DNA of 64,000 bases from an uncultured delta proteobacterium (GCA_963815115.1 CAWFFN010000009.1:768001-832000), one strand, 5' to 3'. Counted from the first letter of the stretch, positions 9,144 through 18,544 are shown. The notes: generated by a model from the sequence alone, not told the origin. Numbers and translations are program-made.

Positions 9144-10301
9144 GTGAAGAAACGTTCGAAAGCCGAAGGCGCTCCCGACCGGCAGCGAGACGGACGAGAG
9201 CCGGCCGTGGCACGCGAGCGGACGTCGAGCAGAGCGCTGTTGCTCGGCGTCGCTGCCGTGACGGTCGCCGGCCTGATGGCGACGGTCGCATTCCGGGTGT
9301 TTCACGACCGCGCGGGGTCCGTCGCCGCAGCCGGACCGACGCCGGCCGGCATGCGCTGGATTCCCGGCGGCGAGTTCACGATGGGAACGGACGACACGCG
9401 CAGCATGCCGAACGAGCGGCCGGCGCATCACGTGCGGGTCGCCGGCTTCTGGATCGACGAGCATCCGGTCACCAACGCCGAGTTCCGCCGCTTCGTGGAG
9501 GCGACGGGCTACGTCACGATCGCCGAGCGCAAGCCCGACTGGGAGGAGATCCGCAAGCAGGTGCCGCCGGGTACGCCAAAGCCCGACGACAGCCAGCTCG
9601 TCCCCGGGTCGCTCGTCTTCACGCCGACGTCGCACGCGGTGCCGTTGAACGACCTTTCGCAGTGGTGGACCTGGACTCCAGGCGCCAGCTGGCAGCATCC
9701 CGAGGGTCCGGGCAGCACCATCGTCGGACGCGAGAGCCACCCGGTGGTGCAGGTGGCATGGGACGACGCCGTGGCGTACGCGACCTGGGCGGGCAAGCGG
9801 CTGCCGACGGAAGCGGAGTGGGAGTTCGCGGCTCGCGGAGGCCTCGAGGGCAAGCGCTACCCCTGGGGTGACGAGTTCCGTCCCGGAGGCCGCTACATGG
9901 CCAACACGTTCACCGGCGACTTCCCCTACCATCAGACCAAAGAGGACGGGTTCGAGGGGACGTCGCCGGTCGCGTCATTCCCTCCCAACGGCTACGGCCT
10001 CTACGACATGGCGGGCAACGTCTGGCAGTGGACGGCGGACTGGTATCGCGCCGACGCCTTCACCGAGCGCGCGAGCCACGGCGTGTGCGACAATCCGACG
10101 GGGCCCGCGAATGGCTTCGACCCGACCGATCCCTACGAGCAGCGACGCGTGATCAAGGGCGGCTCCTTCCTCTGCAACGCGTCGTACTGCGAGAGCTACC
10201 GTCCCAGCGCACGTCGCGGGACGCCGCCCGACACCGGCTCGTCCCACGTCGGCTTCCGCCTCGCGCTGACGCCGGATGAGCGACACGCCGCGGCGCGCTG
10301 A
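9144..10301 (+). CDS. Formylglycine-generating enzyme (SUMF1/FGE), N-terminally membrane-anchored
   Basis: F.MG, HPVTNAEF, HPVVQVAWDDA, RLPTEAEWEFAARGG, NGYGLYDMAGNVWQW, intact catalytic GGSFLCNASYC..YRPSAR. Start could be 9114. Confidence 0.92.
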   Translation: MKKRSKAEGAPDRQRDGREPAVARERTSSRALLLGVAAVTVAGLMATVAFRVFHDRAGSVAAAGPTPAGMRWIPGGEFTMGTDDTRSMPNERPAHHVRVAGFWIDEHPVTNAEFRRFVEATGYVTIAERKPDWEEIRKQVPPGTPKPDDSQLVPGSLVFTPTSHAVPLNDLSQWWTWTPGASWQHPEGPGSTIVGRESHPVVQVAWDDAVAYATWAGKRLPTEAEWEFAARGGLEGKRYPWGDEFRPGGRYMANTFTGDFPYHQTKEDGFEGTSPVASFPPNGYGLYDMAGNVWQWTADWYRADAFTERASHGVCDNPTGPANGFDPTDPYEQRRVIKGGSFLCNASYCESYRPSARRGTPPDTGSSHVGFRLALTPDERHAAAR

Positions 10302-10385
10302 GTGGAAGCGCTACTTCTCATCTGCGCGCGGAGCGCGTATGCATCAAGCTTGGGGGATAGGTCACAGCCCCTTCGGAGGTGGCCG

Positions 10386-11960
10386 ATGACACGATCGATC
10401 ACGACCGCCGTACTCCTGGCCGGATTGCTGCTGGCCGGAAGCCGGGACGCCGCCGCAGCGACTTCGTCCGGAGGCAAAGCCAACTTCACGAACGAGCAGC
10501 TCGAGCAGATCGTGGCTCCGGTCGCGCTCTACCCGGACGACGTCCTGTCGCAGGTGTTCATGGCTTCGACGTACCCGCTGGAGGTGGTCGAGGCGGATCG
10601 CTGGCTGAAGGCCCATCCCGATCTCAAGGGCGACGAGCTCGACAAGGCGGTCGCCAGCCAGGACTGGGACGACAGCGTCAAGGGACTGACGCACTTCCCC
10701 GAAGTCCTCTCACGCATGTCCCAGAACCTCGATTGGACGAAGGACATGGGCGACGCCTTCCTGGATCAGCAGGCAGCGACCATGAAGGCCGTGCAGACCA
10801 TGCGTGCGAAGGCCGCGGGCGCGGGGAACCTCAAGTCGAACGCGCAGCAGACAGTGGTTACCCAGCCCGCGCCGCCAGGGTATGTGCCCGAGGGGGGACC
10901 GCCTCCCGCTGGCGCGCCCCCGCCGCAGATCATCACCATCCAGCCGACGAATCCGGAGACCGTCTACGTGCCGAGCTATCCGCCCAGCGCGGTCTACGGG
11001 CCGACGTGGGCGCCGCCGGCGTACGCCTATCCGGCGGTGTATCCGCCGGTCTCGACCGGCGCATTGGTGGCGGGCGGCCTGCTCACGTTCGGCGCCGGCG
11101 TCGCGACCGGGGCGCTCATCGGCGGCGGCTTCGGCTGGGGTCACAACGACGTCTACGTGAACAACAATTACCACGGCAATGGAGGCGGCGGGAATTATCA
11201 CGGCAATGCGAACGTCAACGTCAACAAGAACGTGAACCGTGACGTGAACCGCACGAACAACCGCACCTGGCAGCACAACGCAGAACACCGCCGCGGCGTC
11301 GGGTATCGTGACCCGAACGTCGGGCGGAAATACGAGGGACAGAACCGCCAGGCCGCTCGACAGCGCGCGCCGCAGGACGTAGCGCGCGGCTTCGACAAGC
11401 AGGGTGGCAACCGCGGTCGCCCGGGAGGCGCGGGCGGTCCGGGAGGTCCGGGAGGTCCGGGCGGTCCGGGAGGTCGGGGCGGTCCTGGCGGCGGCGGGCT
11501 GGCGCAGGCAGGCGGCCCGGCCAATCGTCCAGGTGCGGGCAACCGTCCCGGGGGCGGCAATGGACCCGGCGCAGGCAATCGCCCCGGCGGCGGCAACCGG
11601 CAGCCCGCGCAGCGGCCCGCGGCCGCGCATCAGAACGCCGCCGCGGCGCAACGCCAGCGGCAACAACAGGGCGCGCGCCAGGGAGCCTTCGCCGGTCAGC
11701 AGCACAATCCGGGCGCCACACGGCAGGCGAGCCAGCGTGGCGCGGCGAGCCGTGGAGGCCAGTCGTTCGCGGGGCAGGGCCAGCATGCCGGGTTCGGCGG
11801 AGGCGGCGGCCGCGGCCATGGCGGTGGTGGGTACGGGGGAGGCGGCGGTCGTGCCTACGGCGGCGGGGGTGGTGGCGGCCATGGGTTCGGTGGCGGCGGG
11901 CGTGGCGGTGGCGGCGGGCGTGGCGGCGGCGGACGTGGCGGCGGCGGACGCCGGCGCTAG
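10386..11960 (+). CDS. DUF3300-domain secreted protein with Gly/Arg/Asn/Gln-rich low-complexity tail
   Basis: GGAGGT RBS and signal peptide. LEQIVAPVALYPD..LSQV.MASTYPLEVVEA.RW, WDDSVK.L..FP, VYVP.Y.P..VYG, WQHN..HR.GV.Y. Confidence 0.9.
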   Translation: MTRSITTAVLLAGLLLAGSRDAAAATSSGGKANFTNEQLEQIVAPVALYPDDVLSQVFMASTYPLEVVEADRWLKAHPDLKGDELDKAVASQDWDDSVKGLTHFPEVLSRMSQNLDWTKDMGDAFLDQQAATMKAVQTMRAKAAGAGNLKSNAQQTVVTQPAPPGYVPEGGPPPAGAPPPQIITIQPTNPETVYVPSYPPSAVYGPTWAPPAYAYPAVYPPVSTGALVAGGLLTFGAGVATGALIGGGFGWGHNDVYVNNNYHGNGGGGNYHGNANVNVNKNVNRDVNRTNNRTWQHNAEHRRGVGYRDPNVGRKYEGQNRQAARQRAPQDVARGFDKQGGNRGRPGGAGGPGGPGGPGGPGGRGGPGGGGLAQAGGPANRPGAGNRPGGGNGPGAGNRPGGGNRQPAQRPAAAHQNAAAAQRQRQQQGARQGAFAGQQHNPGATRQASQRGAASRGGQSFAGQGQHAGFGGGGGRGHGGGGYGGGGGRAYGGGGGGGHGFGGGGRGGGGGRGGGGRGGGGRRR

Positions 11961-11977
11961 TGGCGAGGAGGACGATC

Positions 11978-12970
11978 ATGATGCGTACACACGAATCGTC
12001 GATCGGTCGTTGCTGTCGGCTCGTGCTGTCTGTGGGAGTGCTGCTCGTGCTCTCGGCAGGGGCCGCGCGCGCCGAGGAGGCGTCGGGACAGAAGACGTTC
12101 GCCAAGCCCGACGAGGCGGTGCGGGCGCTCGTCGCCGCGGCGAAGAAGGACGACTCCGCCGCGATGTTTGCCATCCTCGGCCCGAATTCGGAGCAGGTGC
12201 TGTCCTCGGGTGATCCCATCGCGGACGCGGCGGATCGGAAATGGTTCGTGAGCGCGGCCAGCAGGCGGACGTCGTTCGAGAAGGTGAACGACAACACGAT
12301 GATCGCCCAGGTCGGCGCCGAGGCGTGGCCGCTGCCGATCCCGCTGGTGAAGAGCGGCGACAAGTGGCGCTTCGACACGGCCGCGGGCGCGGACGAGCTC
12401 CTCAATCGCCGCATCGGACGCAACGAGCTGACGGCCATCTCCGTCGCACACGCGTACGTCGATGCCCAGCGCGAGTACGCCGCCAAGGATCGCACCGGAA
12501 GCGGCACCGGGGTCTACGCGCAGAAGGTCGCGAGCGAGCCCGGCAAGCACGACGGCCTCTACTGGGAGGAGACCAGCCCCGCCGATCGCAGCCCGTTCGG
12601 TCCGCTGGTGGCGGACGCGTCGACGGAGGGCTACTCGCCGAGCCAGGGCGGGGAGGGCCCGCGACCCTACCACGGCTACTTCTACCGCATCCTGACGGCC
12701 CAGGGCGCGGCGGCACCGGGTGGCGCGAAGAGCTACACCAAGGACGGGGAGATGACCGGCGGCTTCGCGCTGGTCGCGTATCCCGCGGAGTACCACTCGA
12801 GCGGCATCATGACGTTCATCGTCGGACCGCAGGGCATCGTCTTCCAGAAGGACCTCGGCGAGAAGACCGCCGAGCTCGGGAAGGCGATGACGGAGTACAA
12901 CCCCGACGACACGTGGATGCCGGCACGGGACACTCCGCCCGCGCCGACTCCGCGCGCCGGCCCGAGCTAG
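11978..12970 (+). CDS. DUF2950-family periplasmic protein
   Basis: F..P.EA..AL, WPLPIPLVK, W.FDT.AG..E.L.RRIGRNEL, YVDAQREYA, PGKHDGLYW, PYHGYFYRIL, GGFALVAYPAEY..SGIMTF. Usual partner of DUF3300. Confidence 0.9.
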   Translation: MMRTHESSIGRCCRLVLSVGVLLVLSAGAARAEEASGQKTFAKPDEAVRALVAAAKKDDSAAMFAILGPNSEQVLSSGDPIADAADRKWFVSAASRRTSFEKVNDNTMIAQVGAEAWPLPIPLVKSGDKWRFDTAAGADELLNRRIGRNELTAISVAHAYVDAQREYAAKDRTGSGTGVYAQKVASEPGKHDGLYWEETSPADRSPFGPLVADASTEGYSPSQGGEGPRPYHGYFYRILTAQGAAAPGGAKSYTKDGEMTGGFALVAYPAEYHSSGIMTFIVGPQGIVFQKDLGEKTAELGKAMTEYNPDDTWMPARDTPPAPTPRAGPS

Positions 12971-12976
12971 CGGGGC

Positions 12977-14134
12977 TCAACCGGGATTCAGCGCGGGAAG
13001 GGCGGCGGCGAGCGGCTCGTCGGCTCGGCGCGACCGCGTGCGGCGCAGCGCAGCGGCGAGGGCCGCGCCGTCCCAGCGCTGCTGGCCGGCGACGACGGCC
13101 GCTTCCAGTTCCTCGACGCACGCCCGCAGCTCGGCATCGGTCCTTCCAGCGAGTAGGTCCTGCTCGATCGTCGCCGGGCGGTCCCGCGGATGTACGCGCT
13201 CCAGCCAGGCGAAGAGCGCCCTGTAGGCCGCAGGAGCATCGCCATCGAGACAGGCACGCTCGAGGTGCGCGAAGCTTCCGGCTTCGCTGGCCTCGTACTG
13301 CTCGCGCCTCCGCCGTCGCGCGGCGCGCAGCGCGTCCCGCCACCACCAGAGGGCGAGCGCGGCGAGCAGCACGACCGCACCGACCGCCGCGCCCAGCCGG
13401 TTACGCGTGCTCTGCGACAGCGGTGCGTGACCGACGTCCAGGGTCACTGCCGGCAGCGTGAGCGTCTGCAGGGTCTGCGTGCGCACGTTCCACCACGGGA
13501 ACTCGAGCGCCGGTACCGTCACGGTTCCCGGCCGCTCGCAGACGTAGGTTACCGAGTCGATGCGCGTCCCGGTGAACGTGCCGCGCCCGCTGTGGTCCTG
13601 CACGACCGGCGGCCTCGGATAGGCCGCCAGGCCGTCGAGGTCCGTCACCGGCAACGGGGGAAACGCCATCGCAGGCACGTCCGGCGCGCTGCGCGTGACG
13701 GTGCGCGTGAAGGCGTCGCCCACTCGCGCCTCCTTCGGCTCCGGCTTCCACTGCTCCGAGACCGTCAGCGTGGACGTGCTGATCAGGCTGGGTACGTGTG
13801 CCGCGCCCGGCGGCAGGCGAGCCTCGATCCGGAGCGGCGGAGTGGTGAGGCGATGCTCGACGGGCGGCTCGCCCGGCGCGTCGGCCGAGGCGAATCGGAC
13901 GGTGAACGGCGGGACGTCGTACGTGCCCGGACGCATGGCGAAGAGCGCGAGGTCGTGCTGCGCGATGACGTACGTCGCGCCGTCGATCAGCTCCGTGCCG
14001 AACGTCGGGTGCTCCTCCATACGCACGATCAGCGCGCCGGGAATCTCGGGCAGCTCGAAGACCGGCGCGCTGGCGAACGTCGTCGGCGTCAGCAGGTCGA
14101 TTTCGATCCGGGCGCGTTGGCCGACCCAGACATC
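12977..14134 (-). pseudogene. BatD-family protein lacking its N-terminus/signal peptide (deletion junction near 14132)
   Basis: VWVGQR..I.IDLLT.T.F..AP.F.LP, VGDAFTRTVT..A.DVPAM..PPL, TR.DSVTY, VPALEFPWWN, TM helix, C-terminal LPALNP. Upstream in-frame sequence is not BatD-like. Confidence 0.7.
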
Positions 14135-14247
14135 GATCCGGAGAGATCGACGGCGAGCAGGAGGTCGCGCGTCGGTACCGTCTTCGTGACCGGCTGCTCG
14201 AGCCACTGCGGGCGCGCCAGCGCGACCACCACGCACAGCCAGACCGT
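14131..14247 (-). pseudogene. Internal fragment of a BatA-like VWA protein, fused out of frame to the batD remnant
   Basis: Minus-strand translation TVWLCVVVALARPQWLEQPVTKTVPTRDLLLAVDLSGSM matches the BatA ALARPQW...RD..LAVDLSGSM (MIDAS DxSxS) segment. Not listed in the ORF track. Confidence 0.8.
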
Positions 14248-14315
14248 GGGTCAACGTCGGGGTGCGCCGCGTACGAGGCTTGACGAACGGCCGCGGGTTG
14301 GCAGAGGCTGCAGCC

Positions 14316-14603
14316 ATGATCCCGTGGAGGAGTCGGGGTCCTCTCCCCGCCGTCGTGGCGCTGGTGGCCACGGTGACCGCTGCCGCCGCGCAGCAGCCCG
14401 TACAGCCCCAGAATGGCGGGCCGCCGGTGCTGGGACGGCCGCGGCCCTCGATGGGCCCGCCACAGCAGCGGCCGCCGGAGCCCCGAGCCACCGTATCGGT
14501 CGTGTCGCCCACGCAGTCCAACGTCTTCGGGCGCAAGACGAAGGTCGGCGGCGAGCAGCGCGGCATGACGACCGGGCAGCGCGCGAGCGGCATGGGTCAG
14601 TGA
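14316..14603 (+). CDS. Small secreted Pro/Gln-rich hypothetical protein (95 aa), opposite to the surrounding bat operon
   Basis: Signal-peptide-like LPAVVALVATVTAAAA-QQP. TTGACG -35-like hexamer at 14280-14285. Confidence 0.5.
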   Translation: MIPWRSRGPLPAVVALVATVTAAAAQQPVQPQNGGPPVLGRPRPSMGPPQQRPPEPRATVSVVSPTQSNVFGRKTKVGGEQRGMTTGQRASGMGQ

Positions 14604-15540
14604 GGTGAGGATCCGCGGCGCCTGCCGAGCAGCTCGCGGAGCTGCGCGCTGACCTCCGTCGCAGTGTCGAGCGGCAGCACGGGAATCTGGCGCTGCCGTG
14701 CCAGGTCCCGCGCCGCCGCACGGCGCTGTGCGAAGTCGGACTGATAGCGCTCGCGGAGGCCACGCGGCGACGTGTCGACGTCGAGCTGGCGATCGCCCTC
14801 GCACATCACCAGCCGCCCGGCATCGGGCAGCGCCGCCTCCAGCGGATCGAAGACGAAGACCACGAGCACGTCGTTGTGCGCCGCGAGCCGCGTGACCAGC
14901 CGCTCGGTCTCCTGGTCCGTGCCGGCGGCGTCGGTGATCACGCACACGAGGTGGTCGTGGGTTGCGACGCGGGCCCCGTGCTCCAGGGCGCGGTTAAGCA
15001 TCTGCGGATTGGAACGGCAGCCGGTGTCGGTGCGGAGCGCATGGTTCTTCTCGACGACGACGTCCAGGATCCGCATCACCTGCTGCTCGCTGCGGTGCGG
15101 TTTGATCTCGACCACCTCCCGGTCGTCGAAGACGAGCGCCCCGACGCGATCGCCGATCGCGAGCACCCGCCACGCCGAGAGCGCCGCGGCCTTGGCCGCA
15201 ACCACCGACTTCGTCGCGCGCCTGCTGCCGAAGAACATGCTCTGGCGCTGGTCGACGACCAGGAGCACGGGCCGGTCGCGCTCCTCGGTGTAGACGCGGA
15301 CGTAGGGCTCGCGCGTGCGTGCGGTGACGCGCCAGTCCATGGTGCGGATGTCGTCACCCGGCAGGTAGTGGCGGATCTCCTCGAAGTTGAGTCCGCGGCC
15401 GCGCAGCCGCGAGGCGTGGCGGCCGGCGAGCACGGAGTGCACGGGCTGGCGCGGCAGGAACGTGTAGCCCCGGGCACGGAGCCTGAGCCGGACGAGATCG
15501 TCCAGCTCGGCGTAGACGCCGGCGCCGCCGGCGCGCTCAC
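14597..15540 (-). pseudogene. DUF58-domain protein (MoxR partner), start codon out of frame
   Basis: RGRGLNFEEIRHY.PGDDIR.MDWRVTART..P.VR.Y.EER and DQ..SMFFGS. Conserved N-terminal GVYAELDDL lies upstream of 15442, but the GTG overlapping the moxR stop (15540) is in another frame; removing one GC from GCGCGC restores it. Confidence 0.7.
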
Positions 15541-15869
15541 GCGACGGCGACCTTGTCGACGACCTTCTTCACGACGTCGTCGGCGCTGAGGCCGTCCGCG
15601 TTGGCTTCGTAGCTCAGGATGAGGCGGTGCCGCAGGCAGTCGGCGACGATCGCCCGCACGTCGTCGGGCGTCACGTGGTCGCGGCCGGCGAGCCAGGCAT
15701 GGGCGCGCGCACATCGGTCGAGCGCGAGCGATCCGCGCGGGCTGGCACCCACCTGGATCAGGCGCTTCAGGTCGTCGCCGTAGCGCTCGGCGTAGCGGGT
15801 CGCGAAGACGAGATCGGCGATGTAGGTCTCGACCGCGTCCGCGACCGTGATGGCGTGGACCTCGCTCAC
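15537..15869 (-). pseudogene. moxR: C-terminal (AAA lid) fragment of a MoxR ATPase
   Basis: YIADLV.ATR, GASPRGSLAL..CARAHAWL.GRD.VTPDDV......LRHRLILSYEA.A. Walker A/B region is absent. Confidence 0.85.
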
Positions 15870-15970
15870 GAAATCCGTCGCGCCCGTCCATAGGCGCGGT
15901 CGTGCCGACGTGTCTAGATGGCCCACTCCGGCACGCCTGCGCGCCTGCTGCTCCCGCTGGCCCGGGTGGG

Positions 15971-16551
15971 TCAACCCTGGGATGCCGACTCGAGCCACCA
16001 GCGTGCAGGGTCGAGCGTGACGGCGTCGAACGGCTCCGCCACGACCGGGTCGGTGCCGCCGTGCGCGCTGGCGACGACCCAGCGGCCATCCTCGAGCCGA
16101 TAGACTTCGAGCGTGCGGTGCAGCGGGTCGACGATCCAGAGGTGGCGCACACCCTCGCGCGCGTAGATCTGCATCTTCCGCCCGCGATCGATCGCGCCGG
16201 TGGCAGGCGATACGACCTCACACACCCAGTCGGGCGCCTGCGTGAACGCGGCGACGTCCGGCAACGCGGGCATGCGATCGCGCCGCCACGCGGCGATGTC
16301 CGGCACCAAGACGTCCCGGCCGAAGTGCAGCTCCGGCTCGAAGAGCAACCACCAGCCGCCGGGTCTCTCCGGACTCCCCGGGGGACCGTCGAAGCCCCGA
16401 AGAGATCGGATCCGAGCGCAGTGGCGCTGCGGGCGTGCGGCGATGCGGGCCGCGGGCTGACGATCAGGTCGCCACCGATCAGCTCGGCGACCTTGGTGTC
16501 CGACACCTGCTCGAGATCCTCGTAGGTCGCGTAGCGCTTCGTCACCGCCAC
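15971..16551 (-). pseudogene. Uma2-family (PD-(D/E)XK) endonuclease, frameshifted near 16395
   Basis: N-terminus ATYEDL......VAELIGG.L.VSPRP..PH is in one frame. The rest (GGWWLLFEPELH...LVPDIAAWRRDRMP, APDWVCEVVSP.T...DR..K...YAREGV.HLWIVDP) is in another. Confidence 0.85.
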
Positions 16552-16672
16552 GAACCGCGTCTACCACGCTGGCGCCGGACTCACCACCGTGGGCATGCCT
16601 GCGAGCGGACCATGTGTGGGGCCATCGTTCGACAGCTGCTGCCATCCCGCTGCGTCATGCGTTCGTCGTCCG

Positions 16673-16808
16673 CTAGTTTCCGGGGCGGCTCATGGTCTCC
16701 ATCTCCTTGAGCCGCTTGAGAGCGTCCTGCTGCCGCAGCATCCCGTAGTTGATCCCGCTCGCATTGAGCGACGAGCCCTCCTGGTGCGGGAACTGGTCGT
16801 AGTCGAGT
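16673..16808 (-). pseudogene. C-terminal remnant of an arylsulfatase
   Basis: DYDQFPHQEGSSLNASGINYGMLRQQDALKRLKE resembles the C-terminus of sulfatases found in FGE/MoxR-Bat clusters (recalled, not searched). No CxPxR/SxPxR region remains. Confidence 0.55.
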
Positions 16809-17020
16809 GTGTCGAGCGCTTGCCGGCACGGGAAAGCTCCTGGCGGGCGGGGTGCAGCGCTCGCCGCGAACGCCGGTCCGATATCTCCTTCTGACTGGCA
16901 GGAGCTCTCGACGTGCGCCACACGCTATGGCCCTCGCCGCCCGGACTGCGCCCGGGGAAGGACTTACACGGCTCCCGACACGAGGGGAACCTTCGGATCG
17001 TCTCAATCGGTGACAGCACG

Positions 17021-17111
17021 ATCCAGTTGGCGGACCGGCCGGGGGCGGCCTCACCTATCCCGAGCGTTTCTTGCCCCGCTTCACGCTCTCCGGCCGGCCC
17101 GCCAACTGGAT
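17021..17111. repeat. 22-bp inverted repeat (1 mismatch) forming a 91-nt hairpin
   Basis: ATCCAGTTGGCGGACCGGCCGG (17021-17042) vs CCGGCCGGCCCGCCAACTGGAT (17090-17111). Confidence 0.85.
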
Positions 17112-17157
17112 GGAGCTGGCATCACAGTTGCTCGGTCCACAGGCTTCAGGAGGTTCG

Positions 17158-17344
17158 ATGGAAAGTCTCGGTACTCGCTCGCAAGCGCTTCTATCTCGAC
17201 GGAGAGCCGATCGAGTACTGGGAAGATCCGACCCTGCCCTTCCGTTGCACCGCAGATGATCTGCAGCAGTACGTGCAGCGCGGGGACTGGGTGCTCCTCT
17301 TCAACGCCCTCACGCTGCTCGGCTCGCCGGTCGCGTCCGAATAG
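17158..17344 (+). pseudogene. Small hypothetical protein (about 60 aa) with apparent frameshift after codon 4
   Basis: Strong RBS CAGGAGG precedes ATG 17158 (MESL...). The protein-like, GC3-biased frame (VLARKRFYLDGEPIEYWEDPTLPF...WVLLFNAL) is shifted by one base. Confidence 0.5.
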
Positions 17345-17365
17345 GGGGACTCGCTCCGGGCAGGG

Positions 17366-18544
17366 TCACGCCGTCGCGGCGACCAGCCGGTTCGCCCGCG
17401 CAATCGCACCCAGCCAGTGGGCGCTCGGCTTCACGGTGCGCCGCTGCGTCGTGCGGTCGACGGCGACCAGCCCGAACGTCGGGCGATAGCCGAAGACCCA
17501 CTCGAAGTTGTCGAGCAGGCTCCAGTAGAAGTAGCCCCGCACGTCCAGCCCGTCGCGCAGGCAGGCGAGCACGCCGTGCAGTGCCCGCTCGACGTACTCG
17601 ACACGCTCGGTGTCGTCGAGCGTCGCGATGCCGTTCTCGGTGACGAGCAGGGGAACGTGCCGTGCGACGTCCCACGCGCGCCGGATGGTCGCCTCGAGCG
17701 CCTGCGGCCAGAACTCGTAGCCCATCTGCGTATGCGGCACGCCGGGCTCGGGCCCGCGCATGCCGTCGGGGCCGATGCGGAGCCTGGTGTACGTCTGCAC
17801 GCCGAGGAAGTCGTCGCTGCGCGCGGCATCGAGGAACACGTCCTCCATCGCGCTTCTCTCCGCGTCGCGCTGTGCCTCGCCGCCGTCCACCGCCTGGTAG
17901 TCCTGCATCGCGAGCGTGAGCCCCACGGGAGCGCAGCCGGGCCCGGACTTGATCGTCTCGACCGCGAGGCGGTGCGCGGCGACCATGACGTCGTTGGCGC
18001 GGAGATGCATGTCGGGCTCGCGCAGCCCGGGCGGGAAGAGACCCCAGCGATGACCGAAGGCCGCCACGATGTTGGGCTCGTTCAGCGTGCAGGCCCGTGC
18101 GATGAGATCGCCCAGGTGTGCCGAGGCACGCTCGCAGAAGCGGGCGAAGAGCTCGGCCGTGTCCTCCTCCGTCCACCCCCCGCGTGCGGCCACCCAGCGT
18201 GGCGTGGTGAAGTGGTGGAAGGTGACGATGGGCGCGATGCCGTGCTCGAGGCAGGCCGCGCACATGCGCCGGTAGTGATCGAGCGCGGCGCGCGAGAAGT
18301 GCCCCCGCTCGGGCTCGATGCGGCTCCATTCGAGCGAGAACCGGTAGGCGTTGAAGCCGAGGCTGGCGAGCAGGGCCACGTCCTCGCGGTAGCGGTGGTA
18401 GTGGTCGCAGGCGTCGGCGCTCGGCTCCGTGCAGGGCGAGCCTGCCGCGTGCTCCCAGGCCCACCAGTCGTTGTTCCAGTTGCCGCCCTCGACCTGGTGC
18501 GCCGCGGTCGCGGTGCCCCAGACGAATCCCTGCGGGAAGGTCAC
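17366..18544 (-). CDS. GH1 beta-glucosidase
   Basis: FPQGFVWGTATAAHQVEG, DHYHRY.ED, YRFSLEWSRIEP, TLNEP (acid/base), VTENG (nucleophile), WSLLDNFEW. GTGA overlap with upstream gene. Confidence 0.95.
   Translation of the reverse strand: MTFPQGFVWGTATAAHQVEGGNWNNDWWAWEHAAGSPCTEPSADACDHYHRYREDVALLASLGFNAYRFSLEWSRIEPERGHFSRAALDHYRRMCAACLEHGIAPIVTFHHFTTPRWVAARGGWTEEDTAELFARFCERASAHLGDLIARACTLNEPNIVAAFGHRWGLFPPGLREPDMHLRANDVMVAAHRLAVETIKSGPGCAPVGLTLAMQDYQAVDGGEAQRDAERSAMEDVFLDAARSDDFLGVQTYTRLRIGPDGMRGPEPGVPHTQMGYEFWPQALEATIRRAWDVARHVPLLVTENGIATLDDTERVEYVERALHGVLACLRDGLDVRGYFYWSLLDNFEWVFGYRPTFGLVAVDRTTQRRTVKPSAHWLGAIARANRLVAATA

Noticed and set aside
11430-11950. Short tandem repeats resembling an array
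   Set aside because: They are in-frame Gly/Pro/Arg codon repeats inside DUF3300, with no repeat-spacer structure and no cas genes, so not CRISPR.
14246-15975. Integron attC sites flanking the inserted genes
   Set aside because: GTTGACC does not fit GTTRRRY, there is no RYYYAAC-paired hairpin, and no integrase is present in the window.
15971-16551. Programmed frameshift in Uma2
   Set aside because: No slippery heptamer is evident at the shift site, and neighbouring genes are also broken. Decay or sequencing error is simpler.
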